Below are positions 52,831-62,705 of a stretch of DNA of 64,000 nt, in pieces. The notes beneath the pieces are model-generated. The model was not told where the DNA came from, made no database searches, and was given only the letters and a program-made list of their open reading frames with translations. The first letter of the stretch is position 1. Every line of letters begins with the position of its first letter. Made by a program: the position numbers and the translations under genes. Source of the stretch: an uncultured delta proteobacterium (GTDB taxonomy: Bacteria > Myxococcota > Myxococcia > Myxococcales > Myxococcaceae). The stretch covers positions 128,001 to 192,000 of the forward strand of contig CAVZMH010000022.1 of assembly GCA_963776345.1 (NCBI GenBank), given 5' to 3'.

Positions 52831-54397
52831 CCAGCCGGCGGAGCTGCTCGTTGGTGGCGGCGTAGTCCTGGCGGCCGCGGTCGGCCGAGACCTGCTGCTC
52901 GAGCCTGGGGAGGACGGGCACCAGTTGCCGGGCCGCGGCGGCGTCGCCCTGCACCAGCCACATCAGGGCCTGGAGCACCGCGGCGCGGGTCTCGGGCTCC
53001 TTGTCCGTCAGGTGGTCGGAGAGCGCCTTGACCGCCTCCGACTTGCCCATCCGCCCGAGTTCCAGCGCCGCCCTCTGGCGGACCGGGCCCTCGGCGTCGC
53101 CGAGCTTGCTGGCCCAGCAGGCCATCGCGGCCTTGCACTGTGCGGCGGCCTTGAGCGGCCCCTGGAAGGCCTTCACCGTCTTCAGCCGGTTCGCCGCGAC
53201 CTCCTCGACCGGGAGGTTGCAGCCGTAGCGCTTGCAGTCGGCGGCGGTGAGCTTGGGCTCGTCGGCCGCCACCCGCTCCATGGTCGGCTGGTCGCGCTCG
53301 TCGCCCAGCATCCCCAGCGCGCCGATGGCGTACTGGCGCGCCTCCCACGGGCCGTGGGCCGCGGAGCGTTGCAGGGCCGGCACCGCCTCGCGCCCGCCGA
53401 TGAGGACGAGGGCGCGGGCGTACTCGGCGCGGGCGAGGGGCTCGGGCTCGTCGAGCATCGTCTCCAGCGCTTTGCGGCCCTCGGTGGAGCGCATCTTCCC
53501 CAGCGTGCTCGCCGCCGCCATGCGCGCGTAGAGCGTCTGCTCCGGGGCGGTGGTCTTGTACGAGAGCTGCTTCACCAGCGCCGGCTCGGCGCCCGTCGCC
53601 CGGAAGTCGCCCAGCGACTCGGCGGCGCGTACCAGCACCACCGCCTCCACCACGTCGTTGGCGCGGGCCCAGGCGGCGAGGTCCCGGTCCCGCCCTTCGA
53701 GCACCGCGGTGAGGGCGTCGGCGGCGGGCTTGCCGATCTGGAAGAGGGAGAAGCTGGCCTCCTGCGCGAAGACGGTGTTGCCCCGCTGCTTGAACATCGC
53801 CTTGAGGAGGGTGGGGACGGCGCGGGGGTCGCCCACCTCGCCCAGGGCGACGATGGCGCGCCGGTTCACCGCCGGCGGGCTCTTGTCGTCGAGCGCCAGC
53901 TCCACCAGCGTGGGCACCGCGGCCTGGGCCCGGAGCTCTCCCAGCGCGCCGATGGCGTCCTGGCGAACGTAGTCGTCCCGGCTCCTGAGCAGCGAGATGA
54001 GCGCCGGCGCGCCCCGTGGGTCCTTGAGGTCCCCCAGGGCCTGGGCGATGGCGGCGTTCATCCGCGAGGTGGCGCCATCGGCGGTGTTCACGTCCAGCGC
54101 GGCGGCCAGCGGCTCGACGCTCGAGGGATCCTTCAGCTCGCCGAGCGCGCGGGCGATGACCGCGCGGGTCTCGGGGCTCTTCTCCGAGGCCATCCGCGCG
54201 TTGAGCATCGGGGCGAAGCGCTTGTCGAGGCGCTTGCTGGAGCGGAGCGTCTCCAGCACCCGGACCTTCTCGCTGGGGCGCTGGGCCGCGTCGAGCTGGT
54301 CCTCCCAGTAGGCTGGAGTGCCCGGATCCTTGCTGCAACCGACGGCGAGGAGGCCCAACGAGAGCGCCAGTGCGACCGCAGCTGCGGTGCGTCCCAT
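52796..54397 (-). CDS. HEAT-repeat lipoprotein
   Basis: Lipobox AVGC; many ALG-x-LxD..AVPxL PBS/HEAT repeats. Confidence 0.88.
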   Translation of the reverse strand: MGRTAAAVALALSLGLLAVGCSKDPGTPAYWEDQLDAAQRPSEKVRVLETLRSSKRLDKRFAPMLNARMASEKSPETRAVIARALGELKDPSSVEPLAAALDVNTADGATSRMNAAIAQALGDLKDPRGAPALISLLRSRDDYVRQDAIGALGELRAQAAVPTLVELALDDKSPPAVNRRAIVALGEVGDPRAVPTLLKAMFKQRGNTVFAQEASFSLFQIGKPAADALTAVLEGRDRDLAAWARANDVVEAVVLVRAAESLGDFRATGAEPALVKQLSYKTTAPEQTLYARMAAASTLGKMRSTEGRKALETMLDEPEPLARAEYARALVLIGGREAVPALQRSAAHGPWEARQYAIGALGMLGDERDQPTMERVAADEPKLTAADCKRYGCNLPVEEVAANRLKTVKAFQGPLKAAAQCKAAMACWASKLGDAEGPVRQRAALELGRMGKSEAVKALSDHLTDKEPETRAAVLQALMWLVQGDAAAARQLVPVLPRLEQQVSADRGRQDYAATNEQLRRLVTEVRRRGEQA

Positions 54398-54536
54398 CCG
54401 TCCCCTCCGTGGGTGCTGTCCTGAGAGCCCCCGGGGTTTTACGCCAATCGCCCGGCTGCTTTCCAATCCAGCGAGAGGCCGACGCCAGAGGCATGGCTCC
54501 GGCGCGAGCGAGGGTAGAGTGGTGGGCCGACGCTCC

Positions 54537-55082
54537 GTGAGCCCCGAGGCCTACACCCGCCGTCAGGTCCTGGTCGATCGCCGATTCCAGCTGAAGTACG
54601 CGGTGGGGCTGGCGCTGGGCGGCGCCTCGCTCTGCTCGGCCTTCGGAGGCGCGGTGTGGCTGGCGCTGCACCAGGCCCGCGAGACGCTGGGCCCCGAGTC
54701 GCAGGCGACACTCCAGGGGACCGAGACGACCGTGCTGGTGCTCGCCGGGTTCATGGCGCTGGTCATGTCCCTGGTGCTCTCGCTGGTGGGGCTCCTGGTG
54801 ACCCACCGGGTGGCAGGTCCGATGCGGGTGCTCCGCGGGCAGCTGCGGCGCCTGGCCGAGGGCGGCTTCCCCCGCTGGCGCCCCCTGCGGAGCCACGACG
54901 AGCTGAGGGACGTCTTCGCCGAGTTCCACGCCACGGTGGACGCGCTGCGGCGGCGCGAGCACGAGGAGCTGACCGCCCTCGAGTCCGCGCTGGCGGCAGG
55001 GAATGCGAGCGGCGGCCGGGCCACGCTGACCTCCCTCGTCGCCGCGAAGCGGGCGCGCCTCGACGGAACGGACGATGGCTGA
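54537..55082 (+). CDS. Two-TM membrane protein with HAMP-like domain
   Basis: RRQVLVDRRFQLKY, two TM helices, THRVAGP...LRSHDEL; start uncertain. Confidence 0.7.
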   Translation: MSPEAYTRRQVLVDRRFQLKYAVGLALGGASLCSAFGGAVWLALHQARETLGPESQATLQGTETTVLVLAGFMALVMSLVLSLVGLLVTHRVAGPMRVLRGQLRRLAEGGFPRWRPLRSHDELRDVFAEFHATVDALRRREHEELTALESALAAGNASGGRATLTSLVAAKRARLDGTDDG

Positions 55083-56094
55083 GCCTAGACGCGCCGCGCC
55101 CGCGCGCGGCTCCGCGGGCGTCCCCCTGGGGCGGGGGGCTGAGGCTGGAGGGGGTGGGGCGGCCCGCATCGCCTTCTTCGGCACGCCCCCCTTCGCCGTG
55201 CCGGCGCTCCGGGCCTGCCAGGCGGTGGGGACCGTGGTCGCGGTGGTGACCCAGCCCGACCGACCGCGCGGCCGCGGGCAGCACGTCACGCCCTCGGCGG
55301 TGAAGGCGGAGGCCGAGCGGGCGGCCTTGCCCGTCCTGCAGCCGCCGCGGCTCAAGGGCACCGACTTCGCCCAGACGCTCGCCGCGATGCGGCTCGACGT
55401 GGCGGTGGTGGCGGCCTACGGGCGAATCCTGCCCGTGGAGGTGCTGTCCGCCCCGCGGCTCGGCTGCGTGAACGTGCATGCCTCGCTCCTCCCGCGCTGG
55501 CGCGGCGCGGCCCCCATCCAGTGGGCCGTCGCCTCGGGGGACGCCGAGACGGGCGTGTGCCTGATGCAGATGGAGGCGGGGCTGGACACCGGGCCGGTCC
55601 TCGCGGTGCGGCGCACGCCCATCCTTCCGGAGGACACCTCGGAGACCCTGCACCTGCGCCTGTCCGAGCTCGGCGGCGCCCTGCTCCGGGACGAGCTACC
55701 CCGCTTCCTCGCCGGCGCGCTGACGCCCCGACCCCAGCCGGCGGAGGGCGTCACCATCGCCCGGCTGGTGGAGAAGGAGGACGGGCGGATCGACTGGACC
55801 CGCCCCGCGGTGGAGCAGGAGCGGCGGGTGCGGGCCTTCGTGCCCTGGCCCGGGGGATGGACCCAGCTCGGAGACCAGCTCCTCAAGGTGTGGCGGGCCG
55901 AGGTGGTGGCCGGCTCCGGGCCCCCCGGCGTCGTGCTCGCCGCGCAGGCAACGCTCGAGGTGGCCTGCGGCGAGGGGGCGCTGCGGCTCCTCGAGGTGCA
56001 GCCGGAGGGCAAGCGGCGGATGACCGCCGCCGAGTTTCTGAGCGGGCATCGGCTCCGGGAAGGCGAGCGTCCGTTCGGAGGAGGCGTGCCATGA
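55075..56094 (+). CDS. fmt: Methionyl-tRNA formyltransferase
   Basis: FFGTPPFA, VTQPDRP, AYGRIL, NVHASLLPRWRGAAPI, GLDTG, QPEGKRRM. Confidence 0.96.
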   Translation: MAEPRRAAPARGSAGVPLGRGAEAGGGGAARIAFFGTPPFAVPALRACQAVGTVVAVVTQPDRPRGRGQHVTPSAVKAEAERAALPVLQPPRLKGTDFAQTLAAMRLDVAVVAAYGRILPVEVLSAPRLGCVNVHASLLPRWRGAAPIQWAVASGDAETGVCLMQMEAGLDTGPVLAVRRTPILPEDTSETLHLRLSELGGALLRDELPRFLAGALTPRPQPAEGVTIARLVEKEDGRIDWTRPAVEQERRVRAFVPWPGGWTQLGDQLLKVWRAEVVAGSGPPGVVLAAQATLEVACGEGALRLLEVQPEGKRRMTAAEFLSGHRLREGERPFGGGVP

Positions 56095-57131
56095 ACGTGC
56101 TCGTGCTCCACGGGCCGACGCTGCAGTTCCTCGGCCACCGCGAGGGAGACCCGCCGGGGCTCACCCTGGCCGAGGTGGACCGGCGTCTGGCGGAGAAGGC
56201 GCGGGCGCTGGGGCACGTGCTCCGGACGGTGCAGAGCAACCACGAGGGCGCGCTGGTGGATGCGCTCTGGGAGCAGCGCGTCTGGGCCGAGGGCGTGGTG
56301 CTGAACCCCGGGCCGCTGGCGCTCGGCTCGCACGTGCTGCGGGCGGCCGTGTCGGCGTCGCGGGTGCCGGTGGTGGAGGTGCTGCTCGCGCCGGCGAAGG
56401 GACGGGCCACCGCGCAGCGGCGGTCGGTCCTCAAGGACGTACGCGCCGCCCACGTCGCGGGCACCGGGGCCGAGGCCTACCTCGAGGCGCTCGAGCGGCT
56501 GGCGCGGGCGGGGAGCCGCTCGGCGGCCGCGCGGGCGACGAAGACGCTGGGGCGGGCGGCCGAGGCCGGCCCGGGGCCGAGGTCGCGCGCGGGCAAGGCA
56601 CCGGCAAGCGCGGCGAACGCGGGGGCGGAGCGTGCGCCCCCGAGGGCCGCTCCGGCTCCCGCTCCTGCGCCGGCGACCGCCACCCGCCCCAAGACGCTCG
56701 GTCCGGCCCGCGGCGAGGCCGCGACGCGCGACCCGGCGGCCCGCGGCGAAAGCGTCGAGAGCGGCGCCGGCGCCGCCCGCGCCAGGTCGTCCCCGTCGGG
56801 CACGCCCGCGCCCGCGGTCGCCCCGGGCGTGGGGAAGACGCTCGGCCGTGGCGCCCCCCCGCCGCCGCCCGGGACGCGACGCCCGGGCGCGGGGCTCACC
56901 CGCGCCGAGGTGCGCGCGCGGATCGCCGACCGGCTCGCCGGGCGTCTCACGCCCGCGGGGCTCGCCACCTGGGCCCGCGGGGAGTGGGTGGCGCTCCAGC
57001 GCGGCGCGGCGGTGGAGGCCGGGCAGCGGGACCAGCTCGAGGAGGTGCTCCAGGCGCTCTTCCTGGCCGTGCAGCCCCGGGGGGCGCTCAGCGACACGCA
57101 GCTGGTGGAGTGGATGGCGGCGCTGGAATGA
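56091..57131 (+). CDS. Degenerate type II 3-dehydroquinate dehydratase (AroQ-like) domain, low-complexity linker and C-terminal helical domain
   Basis: VLVLHGPTL..LG.RE, QSNHEGALVD, VLNPG, PVVEV, but no catalytic Tyr or the His of the VHISN motif; overlaps the fmt stop and rsmB start. Confidence 0.8.
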   Translation: MNVLVLHGPTLQFLGHREGDPPGLTLAEVDRRLAEKARALGHVLRTVQSNHEGALVDALWEQRVWAEGVVLNPGPLALGSHVLRAAVSASRVPVVEVLLAPAKGRATAQRRSVLKDVRAAHVAGTGAEAYLEALERLARAGSRSAAARATKTLGRAAEAGPGPRSRAGKAPASAANAGAERAPPRAAPAPAPAPATATRPKTLGPARGEAATRDPAARGESVESGAGAARARSSPSGTPAPAVAPGVGKTLGRGAPPPPPGTRRPGAGLTRAEVRARIADRLAGRLTPAGLATWARGEWVALQRGAAVEAGQRDQLEEVLQALFLAVQPRGALSDTQLVEWMAALE

Positions 57132-58447
57132 ACGCCCGGGCGGTGGCCATCGACGTGCTGGCCCGCGTCGAGGCCACCGATGCCTACCTGAACGTGGTGC
57201 TGGACCAGCGGCTCGCCGAGGCGCCGCTGCGCGACCCGCGCGACGCGGCGCTGGTGACCGAGCTCGCGTACGGGTCGACGCGCCGGCGGCTCGGGCTCGA
57301 CCGGGTCATCGCGGGGTTCTCGGACCGGAAGCTCGCCGCGCTCGAGGACCGGGTGCTGGCCGCGTTGCGCATCGGGGCGTACCAGATCTTCCACTCCCGC
57401 GTGCCGCGGCGGGCGGCGGTGTCCGAGACGGTGGAGGGGCTGAAGCAGCTCGGGCTGTCGCGCGCCGCGGGCTTCGTCAACGCCGTTCTCCGCAAGGTCG
57501 CGGCGCTGGAGGCGATTCCGCTGCCGTCCGAGTCGGACGTCGCCGAGCACCTCTCGGTGAGGGAGAGCCACCCGCGCTGGCTGGTGGAGCGCTGGCTCCG
57601 CCGGTACGGCCGGGCGGGCGCCGAGGCCATGCTGGTGGCGAACAACGAGGCACCGCCGGTGACCGTTCGGACCAATGGCCGCGCCGGGACGCGGGAGGAG
57701 CTGGGGGCGCTCTTCGCCGAGGCGGGCCTCGAGGCCCTGCCCACCGTCCGCTCACCGGTGGGCTTCCGGCTGCCGTCGCCCGGGCCGGTGGAGGCGCTGG
57801 TCGGGTACGCCGAGGGCCGGTTCCAGGTCCAGGACGAGGCGGCGCAGCTGGTCGGCCTCTACGCCGCCATCCCCGAGGGCGCACGGGTGCTCGACGCCTG
57901 CGCCGCGCCGGGCGGGAAGGCGTGCCACCTCGCCGAGAGCCACCCGGTGCTGGCGGTCGACCTCTACGCGGCGAAGCTGGAGAAGATCCGCTCCGAGGCG
58001 CGCCGGCTTCGGCTCGACGACCGAATCGAGGTGCTGACCCACGACGCCACCGAGCCCTTCCCGGAGTCCATCGGGCGGGTGGACGCGGTGCTGCTCGACG
58101 CGCCCTGCACCGGTCTGGGGACGCTCCGGCGCCACCCCGAGCTCCGCTGGCGGCGGGAGGAGGCGGACCTGCCGCGTCTGGCCACGCTCCAGCGCCGCAT
58201 CCTCGAGCGCTGCCAGGAGGTCGTGCCGCCCGGTGGCCTGCTGGTCTACGCGGTGTGCAGCACCGAGCCGGAGGAGGGGCAGGACCAGGTCGACCTGTTC
58301 CTCCGGAGCCATCCGGACTTCACGCTGGAGACTCCGGCCGTCGCCGAGCGGCTCGGCTGGCCCCTGGCCCAGGGGGCGCTGCGCACCTTGCCCGGGCCCG
58401 AGGGAATGGACGGGTTCTACGCAGCGCGGCTGCGTCGACTGGCGTGA
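57128..58447 (+). CDS. rsmB: 16S rRNA (cytosine967-C5)-methyltransferase
   Basis: NusB-like N-domain, SHPRWL, VQDE, DACAAPGGK, DAPCTGLG, YAVCS, DGFY. Confidence 0.95.
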   Translation: MNARAVAIDVLARVEATDAYLNVVLDQRLAEAPLRDPRDAALVTELAYGSTRRRLGLDRVIAGFSDRKLAALEDRVLAALRIGAYQIFHSRVPRRAAVSETVEGLKQLGLSRAAGFVNAVLRKVAALEAIPLPSESDVAEHLSVRESHPRWLVERWLRRYGRAGAEAMLVANNEAPPVTVRTNGRAGTREELGALFAEAGLEALPTVRSPVGFRLPSPGPVEALVGYAEGRFQVQDEAAQLVGLYAAIPEGARVLDACAAPGGKACHLAESHPVLAVDLYAAKLEKIRSEARRLRLDDRIEVLTHDATEPFPESIGRVDAVLLDAPCTGLGTLRRHPELRWRREEADLPRLATLQRRILERCQEVVPPGGLLVYAVCSTEPEEGQDQVDLFLRSHPDFTLETPAVAERLGWPLAQGALRTLPGPEGMDGFYAARLRRLA

Positions 58448-58519
58448 CCCGATTGATTTTTCGTGACCCGCGGCCGTCAGGACTCCGGCACAATGCTGCC
58501 CCTTCAAGGAGCTTTCCCC

Positions 58520-59322
58520 ATGACCCGCGTCCTCGCCGCCGCGCTCTGCCTTGCCGCCGTTCCCGCGCTCGCCTTCGAGGGCGTCATCGAGACGAAGATG
58601 ACCGTCACCGGTCCCAAGACGGGCGAGGGCGGCGGCTCTCGCTCGTTCTCCGGCAACGGGACCATCACCATCAAGGGCCTCAACTCCCGGATGGAGCAGC
58701 AGATGAACATGCCGGGCATCACCGGGCCCATGAAGCAGGTGATCATCCACCGCGCCGACGACCCGAACACCACCTACATGGTCCACGAGCAGAACAAGAC
58801 GTACCAGAAGATCGTCTCGGAGAAGGGCGAGCGCGACGAGTCCGAGGCAACGAAGTGGACGGTGAAGAAGCTGGGGAAGGAGACCGTCGCCGGCCGCTCC
58901 ACCGAGCACGTGCAGATGAGCCGCGTGGGGAGCGAGAACCAGCAGGAGGCGTGGATCGACCGGAACCTGGTCTCGGCGGGAGACATGGAGAAGGCCCTCG
59001 CCGCCGGCGACCGGTGGAGGAGGGTGGCTGGTGGCAGGCGCTGAAGAAGGAGGGGGTGGCCGGCATCCCGCTGAAGGTCGTGGCGAAGAACTCCAAGGGC
59101 GAGAGCACCATGACCTGGGAGGCGACCTCGGTGAAGGCGCAGTCCGTCCCGGACTCGGCGTTCAAGGTTCCTTCCGGCTACAGCGAGTCCAAGGGTGGCA
59201 TGGGCGGGACGATGAGCCCCGAGCAGCAGAAGCAGATGCGCGAGCAGATGATGCAGCGGCTCTCGCCCGAGCAGCGCGAGAAGATGGAAGAGATGATGAA
59301 GCAGCGCGGGGGCGGGAAGTAG
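58520..59322 (+). CDS. Secreted DUF4412-like protein, frameshifted near 59010-59025
   Basis: Signal peptide, FEGVI, KLGKETVAG; downstream frame GIPLKV...VPDSAFKVPSGY. Confidence 0.78.
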
Positions 59323-59331
59323 CCTCCCCGC

Positions 59332-59352
59332 CGGCCGCCGCCGGAGCGGCCG
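59332..59352. terminator. Hairpin between convergent genes
   Basis: CGGCCGC-N7-GCGGCCG. Confidence 0.35.
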
Positions 59353-59356
59353 CTCG

Positions 59357-60250
59357 CTAGTCCTCGGCGGCGGCCGCGTCCTTGAACGCGTCCAGGACCG
59401 CCTGCGAGGCGCGGTCGAGGTACTTGCCCTTTCGCACTAGCAGGCCGATGGGCCGGGTGAAGCTGCCCTCGGCGAAGGGGCGGGCGACGAGCGTGCCCTG
59501 GGCGACCTCGTGCTGCACGGTGGCCGAGGGGAGGACGGAGATGCCAACGCCCATCTCCACCGCGCGCTTGATGGTCTCGACGTTGTCCATCTCCATCACC
59601 GGCTCGAGCTCCACGCCCTTCTCGCGGAAGAGCCGGTCCAGCGCCTTCCGGGTGGGGGCCTCGCGGTCGTAGGCGATGAACGGGGTGTCGGCCAGCGCGG
59701 TGAGCGAGATCTTCGCCTTGCCGGCCAGGGGGTGGTCCGGCGCGCAGACCACCGTGAGCCTGTCGTCGCGGAAAGGAATCACGTCCACCCCGGCCCGCGG
59801 CTGGGGGTAGGCAACGACGCCGATCTCCGCCGCGCCGAGGATGACGTCGTCGTAGACCTGATCGCTGCGGCGGTAGATGAGCCGCATGTTCACCTTGGGG
59901 TGCGTCTTGAGAAGGCCCTTCTGGATGCTCTGCAGCTCGTGGAGGCCCACCGAGTAGATGGTGGAGACGGTGCAGGTGCCGGCGACCTCGGCGGACTGCT
60001 CGCGGATCTCCTGCTCCACCTCGCCGAAGCGGGCGAGGATCTCCTTGCAGCCGCGGAAGAGCCGCTCACCCGCCGGCGTCGGCGTGACCTGCCGGGCGCT
60101 GCGGCTGAGCAGCTTCTGCTCGTAGCGGTTCTCCAGCGCGCGGATCTGCTGGCTCACCGCGGACTGGGTGACGTGGTTGAGCTGGGCGGCGCGCGAGAAG
60201 GAGCCAGTCTCGACGACGTCGCAGAACATCTTGAGCGACTCGAGTTGCAT
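59357..60250 (-). CDS. LysR-family transcriptional regulator
   Basis: GSFSRAAQLNHVTQSAVSQQIRALE HTH; substrate-binding domain with ETIKRAVEMGVGIS. Confidence 0.95.
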   Translation of the reverse strand: MQLESLKMFCDVVETGSFSRAAQLNHVTQSAVSQQIRALENRYEQKLLSRSARQVTPTPAGERLFRGCKEILARFGEVEQEIREQSAEVAGTCTVSTIYSVGLHELQSIQKGLLKTHPKVNMRLIYRRSDQVYDDVILGAAEIGVVAYPQPRAGVDVIPFRDDRLTVVCAPDHPLAGKAKISLTALADTPFIAYDREAPTRKALDRLFREKGVELEPVMEMDNVETIKRAVEMGVGISVLPSATVQHEVAQGTLVARPFAEGSFTRPIGLLVRKGKYLDRASQAVLDAFKDAAAAED

Positions 60251-60323
60251 GAGGCACCCTCATGTAGGAGACGGCCGGTATTAGCGTCAGTGGGTTGGTG
60301 ACGCAAGAGATCCTAAGGTCCGC

Positions 60324-61100
60324 TCATGCAGCCTCACCACAGTCCACGGGGAGTGCGGCTCCGGTGAGACCGGCTGCTGCAGGCGATGAGAGGTACAGGA
60401 CGAGCGCTGCCACCTCCTCGGGCTTCACGGGGCGGCCCATGGGGTTGCTCGCCAGGACGGCGTCCCTGGCCTCCTCGGGGCTGCGGCCGGTCTTGTGGAC
60501 CACCGCCTCGAGGGCGCGGGTGAACATGTCGGTCTCGGTCCAGCCGGGGCAGACCGCGTTCACGGTGACCGCCTTCTTCCCCCACTCGACCGCCAGCGCC
60601 CGGGTGAGACCGAGCAGCGCGTGCTTGCTGGCGCAGTAGGCGGACGTGTAGCGGATGCCCTTGAGCGAGGCGATGGAGCCGATGTTGATGACCCGGCCGC
60701 CGCCGGCCGTCGCCATGCGGGGGATGAGCGCCCGGCAGAGGAGGTAGGGCGCCACGGTGTTCACCTGGAGGACCTTCTGCAGCTCATCGGGGCTCGTCCT
60801 GTCGAGCGGGGCCGAGAGCGAGATGCCGGCGTTGTTGACCAGCACCGCGGGCACCGGGTCCGCGTCGGCGAGCGCCTGCGCCGCGCCCTCGAGCTGGGCG
60901 GGGTCGGAGAGGTCGCAGGCCATCGGCGCGAGCCGCTCGACCAGCGCGCCGGCCTCCTGTCGGAGCGCATCGAGGCTCTCGGCGGTGCGGGCCAGCGCCA
61001 CCACCGGCCAGCCCGCGCGCAGGAAGCCGAGGGCGATGGCCTTCCCGATGCCGCGGTTGGCTCCGGTCACCACCGCGCCCCGCTGCTGGAAGTCGCTCAT
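60324..61100 (-). CDS. SDR family oxidoreductase
   Basis: TGANRGIG, NNAG, YCASK, VCPGWTET. Confidence 0.93.
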   Translation of the reverse strand: MSDFQQRGAVVTGANRGIGKAIALGFLRAGWPVVALARTAESLDALRQEAGALVERLAPMACDLSDPAQLEGAAQALADADPVPAVLVNNAGISLSAPLDRTSPDELQKVLQVNTVAPYLLCRALIPRMATAGGGRVINIGSIASLKGIRYTSAYCASKHALLGLTRALAVEWGKKAVTVNAVCPGWTETDMFTRALEAVVHKTGRSPEEARDAVLASNPMGRPVKPEEVAALVLYLSSPAAAGLTGAALPVDCGEAA

Positions 61101-61163
61101 GGGAGCGGCACCCTAGCCGGAGCGGCACCTGGTCCGGGAGCGTGGCAGAGTGCCTCGCCAGCC

Positions 61164-61553
61164 ATGCTTCACAGCCAGGTACGGAAGCGGGTCCGGCGGT
61201 TCCAGGCGGTCAGCCACGCCTTCGGAGGACTGAGCCTGGTGTACCTCGCCCTCGCCGAGGAGCAGGGGGGAGGGGTGCTCCCCTGGATGGCCGGCATCGC
61301 GGCGGTGCTCCTCCTGGGGCTGGCGGGCTGGGAGCGGTTCCAGCCCGGCGGACAACCTCCCGGCGCCGAGATCGTGGCCGAGCTCCTGGGCATGGTGGTG
61401 CTGGTGGCGGAGGGCGTGGAGAAGCTGCACCTCGGCAAGCGCTACCTTCCGTTCGCCTACTTCCTGGCCGCGGCGGTGCTCGCGCTGGCGCTGGTGCTTC
61501 ACCGGCGCGCGCACCGGGCGGGGCACGCCGCCGAGAAGGGAGCGCCGGGATGA
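61164..61553 (+). CDS. Small four-TM membrane protein
   Basis: Four hydrophobic segments; ATGA overlap with pfkA. Confidence 0.65.
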   Translation: MLHSQVRKRVRRFQAVSHAFGGLSLVYLALAEEQGGGVLPWMAGIAAVLLLGLAGWERFQPGGQPPGAEIVAELLGMVVLVAEGVEKLHLGKRYLPFAYFLAAAVLALALVLHRRAHRAGHAAEKGAPG

Positions 61554-62617
61554 AGACGCTGGCCCTCCTCACCTCGGGCGGAGACAGCCCGGGGATGAAC
61601 GCCGCGCTCCGGGCGGCGGCGAAGACCTGCGCGGCGCGGGGGGTGCGGCTGCTCGGCGTCCGCGACGGGTACGAGGGGCTCATCGACGGGCGGATGGTGG
61701 AGGTCGTCCCCGGGCCGTGCGCGCTGCTCGGCGAGTCGGGGCTCGACGTGCTCGGCAGCCAGGGTGGCACGGTGCTCGGCTCGGCCCGGAGCGCCCGGTT
61801 CCGTGAGCCGGCGGGGCGGGCGCGGGCTGCCGACGCGCTGCGGTCCGCCGGGGTCGAGGGGCTGGTGGTCATCGGCGGCAACGGCTCGCTCACCGGAGCG
61901 CACGCGCTGGTTCGCGAGCACGGCGTCCGGGTGATGGGCGTCCCCGCGTCCATCGACAACGACATCGGCTGCACCGCGCTGGCGATCGGGACGGACACCG
62001 CGCTCAACACCATCGTGCAGGCCTGCGACCACGTGGACGACACCGCCCGGGCGCACCACCGGGCGTTCGTGGTCGAGGTGATGGGGCGGGCCTGCGGATA
62101 TCTGGCGATGGCCTCGGCGGTGGCGGTGGGCGCGGACGCGGTGCTCTTCCGCGAGCAGCAGCGCGACGAGGAGACGCTGGTCCGCGCCGTGGCCGCCGTC
62201 ATCCAGGGGTGCTTCACCCGCGGCAAGCGCCGGGTGCTGATCATCAAGGCCGAGGGCGTGGAGATCCCCTGCACCCGCCTGGTGCGCCGGGTGGAGGAGC
62301 AGCTGGGGCAGGTGGAGGTCCGGGCGGTGGTCCTCGGGCACATCGTCCGGGGCGGACATCCGAGCTTCCTCGACCGGATGGTGTCGGCACGGCTGGCGTT
62401 CGGCGCGGTGACGGGGCTGCTCGAGGGAGCGACGGACGAGATGGTGGCCTGGAACGCGCCGCTGCCCGGGGGAGTGGCGACCCAGGACGGCTCGGTGAAG
62501 CGGTTTCCGCTCGAGCGGGTGCTGCACGAGACGGCGGCGCTCGAGGACGGCTCGAGCCCGGTGATGGCCCGGCGGCTCCAGCTGCTCCAGCAGGTCGAGG
62601 GCGTGCTGCCTCTCTAG
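61550..62617 (+). CDS. pfkA: 6-phosphofructokinase
   Basis: LTSGGDSPGMNAA, GGTVLGSAR, IGGNGS, PASIDND, EVMGR, LGHIVRGG. Confidence 0.92.
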   Translation: MKTLALLTSGGDSPGMNAALRAAAKTCAARGVRLLGVRDGYEGLIDGRMVEVVPGPCALLGESGLDVLGSQGGTVLGSARSARFREPAGRARAADALRSAGVEGLVVIGGNGSLTGAHALVREHGVRVMGVPASIDNDIGCTALAIGTDTALNTIVQACDHVDDTARAHHRAFVVEVMGRACGYLAMASAVAVGADAVLFREQQRDEETLVRAVAAVIQGCFTRGKRRVLIIKAEGVEIPCTRLVRRVEEQLGQVEVRAVVLGHIVRGGHPSFLDRMVSARLAFGAVTGLLEGATDEMVAWNAPLPGGVATQDGSVKRFPLERVLHETAALEDGSSPVMARRLQLLQQVEGVLPL

Positions 62618-62692
62618 GTCAGGGCGGCCGCAGTCGAGGTCCAGGCCAGGGTGTCGTCAGGCGGGCGATAGTCAGCGAGGTCAGGGCGGCCG
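62616..62692 (+). repeat. 15-bp direct repeat AGGTCAGGGCGGCCG
   Basis: Copies at 62616-62630 and 62678-62692. Confidence 0.6.
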
Positions 62693-62705
62693 GGAAGGAG
62701 GGGAC

